Below, piece by piece: positions 11,676-23,747 of a DNA stretch of 64,000 nucleotides (position 1 is the first letter of the stretch; each line of letters begins with the position of its first letter). A model generated the notes under the pieces. It was not told the DNA's origin. It worked only from the letters and a program-made list of their open reading frames with translations, and ran no database searches. This DNA is from Sphyrna mokarran. Taxonomy: Eukaryota. A program made the translations under genes and the position numbers. The DNA lies in contig JAGIQG010000030.1 of assembly GCA_024679065.1 (NCBI GenBank), positions 6,262,001 through 6,326,000 on the forward strand, written 5' to 3'.

Positions 11676-12833
11676 AATGAAATAATAAAGTAATTAAAAT
11701 AGGAATGATCTTTCTGGACATATTGTTGAGATATCATTAAAATGTATTAATTGTTGCTTTTAACCAAATAATTAAAGAAACTGATCTCACAATCCTGTAA
11801 CCTTTTGACTCCAGAGTGGGAGTCAAGAGAATGGGTGCGAAGACACTCTATTTTATCACAATGGTATGTGAATGGGTAATTGTTGAACCCCACTGTTTGG
11901 CAATGGCTTTGCTGTCATTTGTGAGGACAATGTGTAAAGATGCTCAGCTGATGTGACAGAAACTGGATTTCCAATAAGAACATTTAATAGGGCCTATATT
12001 AGAGCAGAAAGGGAGAAACTTCCAGAGCAGTGAAGAAACAAGATCCCATCTAAGAAACACTAGCTGGCAGAAATTCTGCTTGGCCAAGATCTCTCCACCT
12101 GAGGGAACAGACCAGAATTTTGGTATTGCATCTGGATTGGAGGAAACAAGAGAAACCTGTGACAGTAGATAATAAATAACAGTTAATCCATCTTCTTAAA
12201 ACCACCAGACTGTTCTTCAGTGGAATAAGAAAGGATTACATGTGCCATTTCAAGACATCACAGGGAAAACCAAATGTGGCAAAGAATGCTTGTTTAATCA
12301 CAATCGCTTTTAAAGTGTGTGTGTGTATGTGTGTTGAGAGAAAGACTGCATGTTGGTGTGTTTACACATAAACATTGATCTTTCTTTAAAACTTTACTGC
12401 TACAGTACTGAGGGGGTTCAGGCACTTTTTAATATATATTGTCTTTGGTTAGTCGAGGGCTGGAAAAAGTCGAAACCATTCATATTCTCTCTCTTGAGGC
12501 ACCAGTGGGTGAATTGTGCAGATACCAGGCATTGAGTAGCTAAGCTGGTTAACCTTAAAGAAACCATTCCAAAAACAAATATGTTTCTGGGTTTTTAATG
12601 AATTATTTGAGACAATGAGAATATGAATGTGCAGTAGATGGCTCAGTGGTTAGTATTGCTGCCTCACAGGGTCAGGGTCCTGGGTTCGATTCTGCCTTTG
12701 AGCAACTGTCTGCGTGGAGCTTGTACATTCTCTGCGGGTGCTCCGGTTTTCAACAACAGTCTGTTCTTATTTCTCATGTTTTTTTAAAAGACTTCTCCAT
12801 CTCCTGATGTTAAAGATTTTGGTATTGAAGAAT

Positions 12834-13140
12834 AGGGCGACACGATGGGACAGTGGTTAGTTAGCCCTGCCGTCTCACAGGGACCCGGGTTCAATTCCCA
12901 GATTGGGTCATTGTCTATTTGGAGTTTGTAAGTTCTCTCTATGCCTGGGTGGGTATTTTCCAAGTGCTCTGGTTTCCTCTTACAATCCAAAAGATGTGCT
13001 GGTTTGGTGCATTGGCCATGCTAAATTCTCCCTCAGTGTATCTGAACAGCTGCCCCAGTGTGATGACTAGGGGATTTTCACATTAACTATATTGCAGTGT
13101 TAATGTAAGCCTGCTTTTGACACTAATTAATAAACTTAAA
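12834..13140 (+). mobile_element. V-SINE variant with alternative tail (other copies about 22365-22666 +, 48315-48575 +, 50790-51052 -, 59568-59840 +)
   Basis: HE1-type head and V core, but the tail is gactaggggattttcacagtaacttcattgcagtgttaatgtaagcc...aataaa-like rather than the CR1 tail. Confidence 0.8.
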
Positions 13141-14008
13141 AATTAAACTTAATATGTCTACTATTGGCCTGCATAATTCCTCCATAATGACTTTCCATCT
13201 GTAGGCAACAGCCATGCATCAAAACCAATGAAATTCCCACTCCTCAATCTTACTTGTAAATTTCCTCTGCTTGTTTGTTCAACCTTCCTAGCTAAGCTGA
13301 GCAGATGATGTCCAACCCTCAAAAGGGTTTAGTCCGAACAGGAAGATTCCACCCATAATTAGAGCCACATACCCTCTCCTTCGCAAAGATCATCCATTCC
13401 ATCTCCAGATTCCTCTATCTCTATCTCTCACTCAGTCCATTTGTTGTTGAAGTCATGGGCCAGCCTTTGTCACTCCAAATGCTCTAATGCTCTTTTGGCT
13501 CCCAACCTCCATCCTCAACAAGTCTCCTATCACGAACAATATCTCTTGCATCCACCACTCCAATCCCTGCTAATTCCCAATCCAATAAATTTCTCATTGC
13601 CTCACACTTCCCTAAATTTGCAATTTTCTTCACTGCCACAAATGCATTATTCTGCCTATTTTAGTCTGTTGTAAGTCACCTAGTCCTTTCACCCCTTCAC
13701 CATAAATAAAACCATGCAAATTCTCCTCTTCCTTACCTACTCACATTCCATGATATATTTTTCCACATTAACTGTGGCACGTATAAGCAAATCGGTATTG
13801 TATTTTCTTCAATAACAATTGAAATTGATGATTGTTGTTAGATATTGTAGGAATTATGGAAGCAAGGCTGGTAGATAGAGTTAGGATATGGATCAGTCAT
13901 TGAAGAAGCCAAATGGCCTTCTTATGTTCATATGCTCCTATGATTATCTGACTCCGTCTTGTTTTCTGTTTCAGTATTTATAACAAAGACCGGAATTGTA
14001 GAGATACA

Positions 14009-14020
14009 ATGGCAGAGATT
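14009..14020 (+). CDS. RLBP1: RLBP1 (CRALBP) first coding exon, MAEI; exon probably begins at 13975 with 5' UTR
   Basis: Pyrimidine tract ttttctgtttcag ends at 13974; ACAATGG Kozak context; ATG GCA GAG ATT followed by gtaagt donor. The 12-nt coding length matches the human MSEG mini-exon. Confidence 0.85.
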
Positions 14021-14349
14021 GTAAGTACATAAATTTACATTTTTTCATATCTCATAACATCAATAGAGAACCTGATGTCATGTGCAGTGGGGAATTTGCA
14101 TCTGTACCTCCCATCAGTTAACACAGTGGTCAATCAGCAAAATAGCGAAGGAAGAGTGTCATTTAGTTTGTATTTTCAGAGTGCCTGCAGCACACGTACA
14201 ATGGGCTGAGTGTTCTTATTTTGTGCTGTATGCTTCTGAGTCAAGCAGCAATTTCAAAGCCTCCAAAGTTTCCACACACCTCTCAGCAGGGATTGTGAGT
14301 GGTGTTGGAAATCTCTGTGAAAGTGAGAATGCTACCCACCAAAAAGACG

Positions 14350-14690
14350 GGGATGGCACGGTGGCACAGTAGTTAGCACTGCTACCTCACACCTCCAAGA
14401 ACCTGGGTTTGATTCTGGCCTTGGGTCATTGCCTGTGTGGAGTTTGCATATTCTCCTCATGTTTGTGTGGGTTTTTTCTGGCTGTTCCCTTCCTCTGCCC
14501 ACAGATATGTAGGTTAAGTGGATTGTCCATGGTAAATTACCTTTTAATGTCTAAAAAGTGTAGGCTAGGGGGATTAGCTGGATAACAACACGGAGTTATG
14601 GGGTAGACTCTACATTGGGTTACTTTTTCGGAGAGTCGGCTTATTCTTGATGGCCTGAATGGCCTCCTTCTACACTGTTGAGATTCTATA
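14350..14690 (+). mobile_element. HE1-like V-SINE (further copies about 17595-17866, 18758-19066, 19256-19525, 25293-25606, 33370-34082 split by an antisense CR1, 38302-38505 -, 45367-45590, 46470-46770)
   Basis: Recurring head, V core and gaatggcctccttctgcactg tail. Confidence 0.8.
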
Positions 14691-16273
14691 ACGTACAGAC
14701 ATCATTGGCTTAAATATGAAGTATGCAAACAATTTGGATCTCACTGCAGATGTTTAAGGCAATACTGGAGTGAACTGGAGTTATCTGCACTCTTCGATTA
14801 CAAAATGTCTGTAACAGCCAGGGTATAGAGAATGTTCCTGACTTTAAAAAGTTTTTGTATGGGATGTGAGCTTTACTGGCATTGTCGCTTTTTCTTAATT
14901 GCCCGTAGTGGTGAGCTGCTTTCATGACCTACTCCATGCAGTATAGGTACACTCATTGCAATGCTAGCGAGAGAGTCCCAGAACTTTGACCCAGCGACAG
15001 AGGAGGATGGTGAGATATTTCTAGGCCAGGATAACGAGTGGCATTGAGAGGAACATGCAAGCAATGGTATTTCCTTCCATGCATCAGCTGCCTTTGTCCT
15101 TCCACTAAGGTAGAGGTGGTAGGTTTGGAAGACACAATTGAAGGAGGCTTGTTGAGTTGTAATCTGATGCAGACATATCAGGGTATAACAAATTAATCCA
15201 ATTCCCTAGCTATCCCGTTACAAACTGTTAACAGCATGAATCATGGTCAATGGGATTCAAAGTTGTAAGTATCATGCTTGGCTTCCTCAGTGACTCACCT
15301 GGTTAAATGAGTAAGAGGCTGAATCAAAGAGCCTAAGAAGGTCTAATTGATGACCGCCACTTTTGAAGTAGAGGTACCAGTGCTTCTGGGTTCCAAAGTG
15401 GGACTGACAGTGACAGTGCAGAGAAATGGATGTTGGTTGGAAATTAGAAAAGGTTTTGACAGAGACACTGTCTCCTCTTGTGGGGAAAACATTAATATAG
15501 ATCATCACTATAAAACAGTCATCAAGAAATTCAGAAACAAACTTCTTTACCCAAAGAAACATCTCCCATTCAAGGTAGAGATGAGGAGAAATTCTCAGAG
15601 GGTGGGTCATTGAATATATTCAAAGCTGAGTTAAACAGATTATTGATTGGGAGTCAAGGGAACAGGCAGGAAAATAGAGTTAAGAGGCATCAGATTAATT
15701 TATTAATGATCCTATTGACTGGTGGCACAGGCTTGAGGGATCTAATAACTTACTCCTGCACTTATTTCTTATGTTCTTTGTGGAATTCCTTCCCAGAGGG
15801 AACAGTTGAAGTAAATAGTATAGGTGCATTTAAGGGGGAAGTAAGACCAGCATATGAGGAATCTAGAGAATAGAGGGTTACGATAATAGATTTAAATGGG
15901 AAAAGATTGGCGGAGACTTGAGTGGAGAATAAACACATACATGGATTACCCAATGAATTTCTGTGCCATATATTCTCTGTATTATGTAATAACCCTACAT
16001 TGGCCCCAATGCTGGAAAATCCCACCCGAGGTCAACAGACATTTGCATGGTCTGTGTGCCTCCTGCTACATGGCAGGTGGGACAGTAAAGTCCCACCCCA
16101 TATATCCAGGTGGAGTGGTGGAAAGAAAGAAGAAGAGGAAATTGTTCAGAAAAAATATGTTTCATAAAATGATAACATTTGCGTCAGAGTTTAGTAACTT
16201 TGATTTAGTGGTTATAATTTTACTATTGAACTGCGCAGGGGTGTTATAAACGTTGTTTCTCGTTCTTCAGCAG

Positions 16274-16402
16274 ACAGGAACATTCCGGATGGTTTCTGAG
16301 GAGGAGCAAGCTCTCCGCAACAAACTTGAGCATCTTACTATAAAGGATCATGGGCCGGTGTTTGGCAGATGTGAGACACTGCCATCCCACACACAGCAGA
16401 AG
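16274..16402 (+). CDS. RLBP1: RLBP1 coding exon 2 ([43 protein letters not shown])
   Basis: Translation matches the CRALBP N-terminus; cagcag acceptor and gtcagt donor; 129 nt (an alternative acceptor would start the exon at 16271). Confidence 0.95.
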
Positions 16403-16849
16403 GTCAGTGACAAGATCTTCCTTGAAAATGAGTTAACTTTGCAGCAGGTCACAACAACAAGCCACTATCCTGAGAGCGGGGTGGAGGAGCAGTGCACAAA
16501 GCTCTCTGGGCCTTCGGTGAAGACAATTCTTCACATGCGCACACGCACACAGAAGTGGTGTGTGCATAAGAATTAGAGGAATGCAGAGATCTTGAAGGGT
16601 TCTAGTGCTGTAGGAGATTAGAGGAATAAGGAAATATCTGACTGTGTAAGGATTTGAACACAGGGATGAGAATTTTAAAAATAAGGCATTTGTTGAGTGG
16701 GTGCCAATGTACGTCAGCAAGCATGGGAATAAGGGTGGAATGAAATGCGGGCTTAATCGAACCCCCGGGGAGGGTAGGTAGCTAGTAAGCTGCATAACCC
16801 AGGTGGGGGGAGGGAGGCCATGCATCTTATTTCCAATAGCAGGAACCAA

Positions 16850-17030
16850 AAGACAAAATGCTGGAAAACCTCAGCAGTTCTGGCAGCATCTGTAAGGAGA
16901 GAAAAGAGCTGACGTTTTGAGTCCAGATGACCCTTTGTTGAAGAGTCATTCAGATTTGAAACATGGGTCCATTTTCTCTCCGCAGATACTATCAGACCTG
17001 CTGAAGCTCTCCAGCATTTTCTCTTTTTGT
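16850..17030. mobile_element. Palindromic pair of Penelope-type termini (second PLE family)
   Basis: gaaaatgctgga...cagcagttctggcagcatctg mirrored by cagatactatcagacctgctg...tccagcattttc; decayed hammerhead-type hairpin gggtcatctggactc at the centre. Confidence 0.65.
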
Positions 17031-19963
17031 GTCATTAAGAAGGCTTGGTGAATCTGGAATCTGTCGGAATCAGGGGGTCTTGAATTGGATTCAAAACTCC
17101 AACTCTATTTTTGTGATACTTTTCTTGTAATAACAATGTCCATATTTCTCAACACCTTGGCACAACTCCATTCAAAATGGAAAAAGGGTGTCAGCAGGAG
17201 ATGGGTTGAGTTAGGGAAAGAGGACTTGTGACATTATGGAGGTGGAAATAGGAGAACTTAGTGATTCGGGGTTAAAAAAAAATCAAAATTTCAGTGAAAT
17301 AAAAAGGTAAACAGTGCCCTGTCTTACACCATAACCAGAGGGAAGTTGTAGCATTGGATTTCTCCAATGGACTCCATTGGTAAAGGAGTTTGTGATGAGG
17401 GCTTAAGACAATGGCCTTAGTATTCTCAATGTTTCCCATAGAGTGGTCAGCTTCAGATTTGATAGCATCAAGATTATTTCAATTCCTCATCTAACAAGTA
17501 GCACAACTTTACACAGGAAGCAGAGAGGGGATGATGTGGTATAGAGGCAATGTCACCAAATTAGTGGTCCTGGGTAATTAGTGGTCAGGGAGCCTCAGAG
17601 CACCAGGAACCTGGGCTCAATTCCAGAGACTATCTGTGTGGAGTTTGTACCTTCTCCCCATGTCTGCGTGAATTTTCTCTGGGTGCTCTGATTTCCTCCC
17701 ACAGTCCAAAGATGTGTGGGTTAGGTTGATTGACCCACACTAAATTAATGTCAGGGGCATTAACAGGGTAAATATGTGTGATTATGGGGATTGGGCATGT
17801 TTGGGATTGCTGTTAATGCAGGCTCAATGGGCCAAATGGCCTCCTTCTTCACTGTAGGATTTTATGAAATTGAAGTCCTATTCTAGTGGAATTGAAATTC
17901 AATGAATAAATCTGAGATATTAAAAGAAAAACCCTCACCTCTGAAATTGTCATGGGTTGTTGTAAAATCCCTTTTGTTTGTTAATGTCATTTAGTGAGGG
18001 AAATCTGCCATCCTTCCCTGGTTGGGTTGATTTGTGACTTCAGACCATAACAACGTGTAAGACTCTTACCTGCCCTCTGAAATGGCTCTAGCAAAGACCA
18101 AGTCACTCAGTTCAAGAGCAATTGGATGGGTAACAAATGCTGGCTCTGCCAACGATGCCCACACACCAGGAGAGAATTATAAAAATGAGATATTAAAATA
18201 TAGCAAAAATGCAATCGGCCTGGAGAACACAAATAACACCCTGGGTTCAATCCTGTAGTTTTTCCATCAGTCAGAGATCTTGGCTAAATCAGCTAATTAT
18301 CATGCTGCATTTTGGGATGTTTTACAGCTTTTATGAGGCATTCGCAGCCCACTTTTGGCCCGTTTGTCTATTTTCACCATCTTGAGACCTTGCTTTTAGA
18401 AACAAAATGAAGTGCCTCTAGTTTGGCAGGAACCCATGTCTTTCCAAGCACCTTTGTTGGATTTGATAATTAGAAACATACAGTAATAAACTCGCTATAC
18501 AAAAAAAAATGACAATTTTCCCAAGATAAAGTACTTCATCACAAAGTTCATGAAATAAAATGAATGAAACAAAAATTTGTACAGCACATATTCAGCCAAA
18601 TTGGACTCTATTGAAAAGCATACTGATGTTTTAAAGATTCAAGTATTAAAAACAGCAACTGAATTTCAAATGCTTGATCAGAAAATGAATGTGTTCTGAA
18701 CTTCAGAAACAAGTGTCTAGTACTGGGCTCTTGTTTGGTACTGAACAGACCTAGATAAGGGCAGCACGGTGGCACAGTGATTAACACTGCTGCCTCACAG
18801 TGCCAGAGACCCAGGTTCAATTCCATCCTCGAGTGACTCTCTGAATGGATTTGCACATTCTCCCCATGTCTGCGTGGGTACTCCAGTTTCATCCCACTGC
18901 AAAGATATTCAAATTAGATTGACTGGCCATGATAAATTGCCCTTAATGTCAGAGGAATTAACTGGGTAAATACACGGGGGTTACGGGGATAGGACTTGAG
19001 TGAAATTGTCATCAGTGGAGGCTCGATGGGTCGAATGGCCTCCTTCTGCTATGTAGAGCTTCTCTGATCCTACTCTATATTAATATACATTCAGACCTAT
19101 AAATGTACACATACACAAACACAGCTGATATGATTATATGCACTGCACAGATGTAAAAATATTGGTTCACACGCACACAGATAGAGGTGCTGAAATCCTT
19201 CAGGTATCTTTGCCTAACAAATCCTCCACAGGATTCAATTTTCAAAATAATACTAGGGCCAACATAGTGTCACAGTGGTTAGCCTTACCCCCTCACAGTG
19301 CCAGGGACCTGGATCACTATTTGTGTGGAGTTTGCACGTTCTCCCCATGTCTGCGTAGATTTCCTTCCAAAGTCCAGTTAAGCATTGGCCATTCTAAATT
19401 GCCCCTTAATGTCAGGGGGTCTAGCTAGGGTAAGTTTGTGGATTATAGAGATGAGGTTTGGCTGGGATTGTGGTTAGTGCAGACTCGATGGGCTGAATGG
19501 CCTCCTTCTGCACTGTATGATTCTAAGTGACATCATGGTGAAATTTAGTTGAGCTTTAAGTTCCTGGTTTGTTCTATTTTATCAGTGAGAAAGGAATCCC
19601 CATGGATAGACAGACCCTGACTATCCAGCTTGTTTCACTTATTTAAAGTTCCTGATTTTTCTTGCTTCTTTTAAAATGTCTTCAAAACATGTTCAAATTC
19701 CTTCAGGTGTGAGAGCGGAATGGATTTTGTATAACCCCTTTAGATGGACAGGCTTGGTTTTGCTGACCATTGTCTGGAAGTGACCAATGGTTTGGAGATT
19801 TAATATTGTAACTCTATTGCAATGGAATTAACTCTTAGAGTGAGATCTTACCGGCCGTTCACACCACGCTCCCACTGCTGCGAAATTGGAGAATTTGTGC
19901 CCAGCCAAAAACCTGCTGGGATGAATGGCTGGAAAATTCCAGCTCTAGCTTGACGTAATTCTA

Positions 19964-20482
19964 CTGGAAGAACAGTATTTCATCTTCTAGCTAGGCACTT
20001 TACGGCCTTCAGGTCTCAACTTCAGATGATTTGATCTACCCCCCTTCGACCCCTATGTCTTCATTTTATTTAATTTTTTACTGTTCTTTACCCTTCATTC
20101 CTTTATTGTCTTTCTTAATTTTTCTTCATCCCCACTCTTTCCCCCTACTTTCTTTACCTTTATTCCCCTTCAGGCCCTTTTTCCAAATTTTACTTCTCTC
20201 TCACCTCTTTCCCTTCATCCTCATCTGCCATCTTCATCTATTGCAGCTTATCCACTGATTTTAGCTTCTTATTGGTTGGCCATTCAAACCAAATCTTCCC
20301 CCCATGGGCTGCCATTCACAGCATTCTCCCTTGGTTTCGGTATCTATGACTCATCTTTCATTCCCTCACCCTGCAGTATAAATATCTCCCACTTTCTATA
20401 TATTTTAGGATCATCTGGACTTGAAATGTCAGCTCTTCTCTCCATACAGATGTTGCCAGACCTGCTGAGATTTTCCAGCATC
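19964..20482 (+). mobile_element. Decayed Penelope-like 3' fragment (second family)
   Basis: LEEQYFIF*LGTLRPSGLN resembles the PLE GIY-YIG C-terminus; pyrimidine-rich UTR; terminus tcatctggacttgaaatgtc...cagatgttgccagacctgctgag. Confidence 0.65.
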
Positions 20483-20494
20483 GCTGGAATCCAG

Positions 20495-20789
20495 TATCGC
20501 TGTGCTGTGCAGATACATGGATTTGGGCCTGTGTCTGTGGGAGTGTGCGCATTCTCCCCGTGCTTGCGTGGGTTTTCTCCGGGTGCTCTGGTTTCCTCCC
20601 ACATCCCAAAAATGTGCTCTTAGGCTCATTGGCAAAGCAAATTCTCCCTACATTGAAGCAAATTTGGTTTTTAATCCATAGATCTTTAAACATAGACAGG
20701 GATCACGGGTAGAGGTGGGAACATCGGGGTGGCAGTGCGGGCTTGTTGGGCCGAAGGTCCTGTTTCCCGTGCTGTTTTGTTCTTTGTTC
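20495..20789 (+). mobile_element. Truncated copy of the same CR1 3' UTR (V-core plus tail)
   Basis: Near-identical to 30180-30480. Confidence 0.85.
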
Positions 20790-21846
20790 AACGTAATTCT
20801 CTCAAGGCCACTGCCTGCACAAGTTAAGAATTTGGCGCTCAGCCCAAATCTCTGTTCACTGCAGCGGAACTGGAGAATCCCAGTTACGGGCAAGGCTGAA
20901 GAATCCGACCCATAATCTCCAGTTGCTCTAAGCAAGGGTTTCGCCAGATCCCAGGTTGGCTGCAGAGTTCTATTGATTTAATTTGTTTTAGCCATTTTGG
21001 GAAGAGTGCTGCAACCATTTATCTAGTTGCTTACAATTGCGAGCCACCCTATAGTCCTGAACTCTAGTTCAAAAGGCACCAGGACCTTCAAAGTAGAAAT
21101 CTGAAAGATTTATCTCACACCTACTAGGCAGTAATACAATGAGCCAGCAGTTTGCTGTCAAATCTACCCAGATAATTGCCCTTTAACAGGACTATCTTTA
21201 TTATCCTTTGAAATGGGGTCACACATTATGTCAGAACAAGAGAGAGACAGGACAAGAATAGCTAGGATTAGAGCTTCATTTACCATCTGCTTTCTTTTAG
21301 TGTCATGGAGCGGGCTATCTGAGTGCTGTTTGACATGACGAAAGGTTCATAGGTCATGTGAAGGAACCATGTATAATGATGATGTCCAGTTCAGCGCTGT
21401 TTCAAGCCACTAGAGCAGATATTTAAGTCTGCAATTGAGCAGCCACAGAATCCATTTTGTTCCGAAGATGGTGGATAAGCTACAAATAATGTGGGCTTTA
21501 TTTAAGACAAATTATTTAAGACAAATAATGTCTTTGGACAAGGGCCCTAAGACTTGCCCTTGTCTTAGGGCAAGTATTTCGCATTCAATACCCCAAACAC
21601 ATGCATGGCTGCCCTCTCCCCCATCCCCCACCAGTGTTGCCTCCCCAAGACATCCACACTGCTTCCCCACCACCCCCCTCCCCCTACAGCCCCTACCATC
21701 CCCTCCACTCACACACCCATACCATCAACACAGTTCTGACTGAGTATTAATAACCAGTGTAAATTCATTTAGTGCTGCTTTGAATATCGATTCCTGGGAC
21801 TGGTCTTATTCTGTGCTTGTCCTTTGTCAATAAGTGGAAAGATATT

Positions 21847-22727
21847 GGCCGGGATTCTCCCAAAAAAGAAACCAAGTGCCCAATGGGCAGGAAAACGGAA
21901 GAGTTTCACACCTGATTTTTGGGACTTTCATACCTGAACAAATGTCTGACATTCTGTGTTTCACAGAGTGCCTCAGGGAGATTCACACTGGAAAGTGTGG
22001 AGGTGTGTGCGCCTGCCCCTTTATTGCCAAAGTCTCAATCACTGATCTCCCCTTCCTGATCAATGGCCTACTGGACATCCCCTCTCCTCCCCCCAAAACA
22101 GGACTAGTCCCAATCTCCCCTCTGCCCGGGTGCCAGATTGGCATAGGTTTGCATTGCCCAAAGGACACTCTTCCCACTACCCCCAATCTCCTTTGGGAAG
22201 CCTCAATCCCCACCAGCTAGGTTAACTTGCTTGTTCCCCATTAATGGAGAGCAGTCGTAAATGCCAATAGTGTGAGCCTCTCCCGGTTAATCAACCCCAC
22301 ATCAATTTCCAGCATGGTGCTGATTACATGGAACAAAAGAGCCTGGGAGACTGATGATTGGCTGGGGGCAGCACGGTAGTGCAGTGGCTAGTACTGCTGC
22401 CTCACAGCACCAGGTATCTGGGTTCAATTCCCAGCTTGGGGTCACTGTCTGTGCAGAGTTTGCACATTCTCCCTGTGTTTGCGTGGGTTTCCTCCAGGTG
22501 CTCCAGTTTCCTCCCACAGTCTGAAAGACATGCTGGTTAGGTGCACTGGCCTTGCTAAATTCTCCCTCAATGTACCCAAACAGGCACCGGAGTGTGATGA
22601 CCAGGGTATTTTCACAGTAACTTCACTGAAGTGTGAATGTAATCCTACTTGTGACACTAATAAATAACAACTGGTCCCAGCCCGCTGTGCTGCTCGAGCA
22701 ATGCAGCATATTGGGAGAATCCCGGCC
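21847..22727. mobile_element. Non-autonomous PIF/Harbinger-like DNA transposon with a nested V-SINE
   Basis: Perfect 17-bp TIR ggccgggattctcccaa / ttgggagaatcccggcc; 3-bp att on both sides (21844-21846, 22728-22730); no transposase. Confidence 0.75.
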
Positions 22728-23059
22728 ATTATTTTTTTAAGAAAAATGTCAGTTTACCTTTTCCATTTTTTCATAACATACTCCCTCTTTTAAGAGTCTT
22801 AAACTGTTCCTAACAATAAGTCAGTGGTCTGTTAAGAGGCAAAATTGTTCTGAGTTGTTCATTAGTGCACAAGAAAGGCACAGACTGACTCATCAACCAT
22901 TTAGCTTTGTCCTCTTTAAGTTTCATTCTAAGTCGTTTGTGATCAGGAATTTCCACTTGGTGTAGGCACGAGAAAGCCCATTTGTTTCCACTCTGCAATT
23001 ATATTCATTGGAGCTTAGAAGAAAGGACTGCATTCATTGACGTTTAAAAGATGGGATTG

Positions 23060-23472
23060 CATTCATTGGAGTTTAGAGTAGTGAGAAGGGATCTCATCAA
23101 AACTTATAAAATTCTAACAGGGTTAGACAGGGTGGATTCAGAAAGGATGTTCCTGATGGTGGGGGAGTCCAGAACTTGGGCTCATATTTTGAAGTTAAGG
23201 GGTAAATCTTTTTAGAACTGAGATGAGGAGAAATTTCTTCACCCAGAGGGTAGTGAATGTGTGGAATTCACTCCCACAGAAAGTATTTGAGACCAAAACA
23301 TTGTCTGGTTTCAAGAAGAAATTGGATAAGCCCTGGGGGCTAAAGGATCAAGGGATATGGGGGGAAGGGGGGATCAGGATATTGCATTTAATAATCAGCC
23401 ATGATCAAAATGAATAGCAGAGCATGCTTGAAGGGTCGAATGGTCCACTCTGCTTCTATTTTCTATGTTTCT
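23060..23472 (+). mobile_element. CR1 3' fragment ending about 70 nt upstream of RLBP1 coding exon 3
   Basis: MRRNFFTQRVVNVWNSLP peptide and tail ttctatgtttct. Confidence 0.85.
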
Positions 23473-23542
23473 GTACAGTCCATTGGCTTTCGATGCTGTC
23501 AACTTCTGAATAATGACTATCGATTTGCTTTTCTTTCCAAAG

Positions 23543-23747
23543 GCTAAGGATGAATTGAATGAGACAGAGGAGAAACGAGAGCTGTGTGTGAAAGAGCTTC
23601 AAAAACTTGTTCTTGAATCGGCTGACATTGGAGAGGAGTTCTGTAAGACTGTGCTTGAAAAGACAAAGGACAAGGATGATTCCTTCTTCCTGCGATTTGT
23701 TAGAGCAAGAAAATATGATGTGAAAAGGGCTTACGATCTTCTCAAAG
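23543..23747 (+). CDS. RLBP1: RLBP1 coding exon 3 (AKDELNETEEKRE...FFLRFVRARKYDVKRAYDLLK), CRAL-TRIO N domain
   Basis: ttttctttccaaag acceptor, gtgagg donor, 205 nt, phase 1 end; FLRFxRARK motif. Confidence 0.96.

Noticed and set aside
9240-12600. Candidate RLBP1 promoter and non-coding first exons (SOX-like cattgt, homeobox-like gatta and CCAAT motifs)
   Set aside because: The motifs are short and expected by chance; no convincing transcription start or donor site could be fixed without transcript data.
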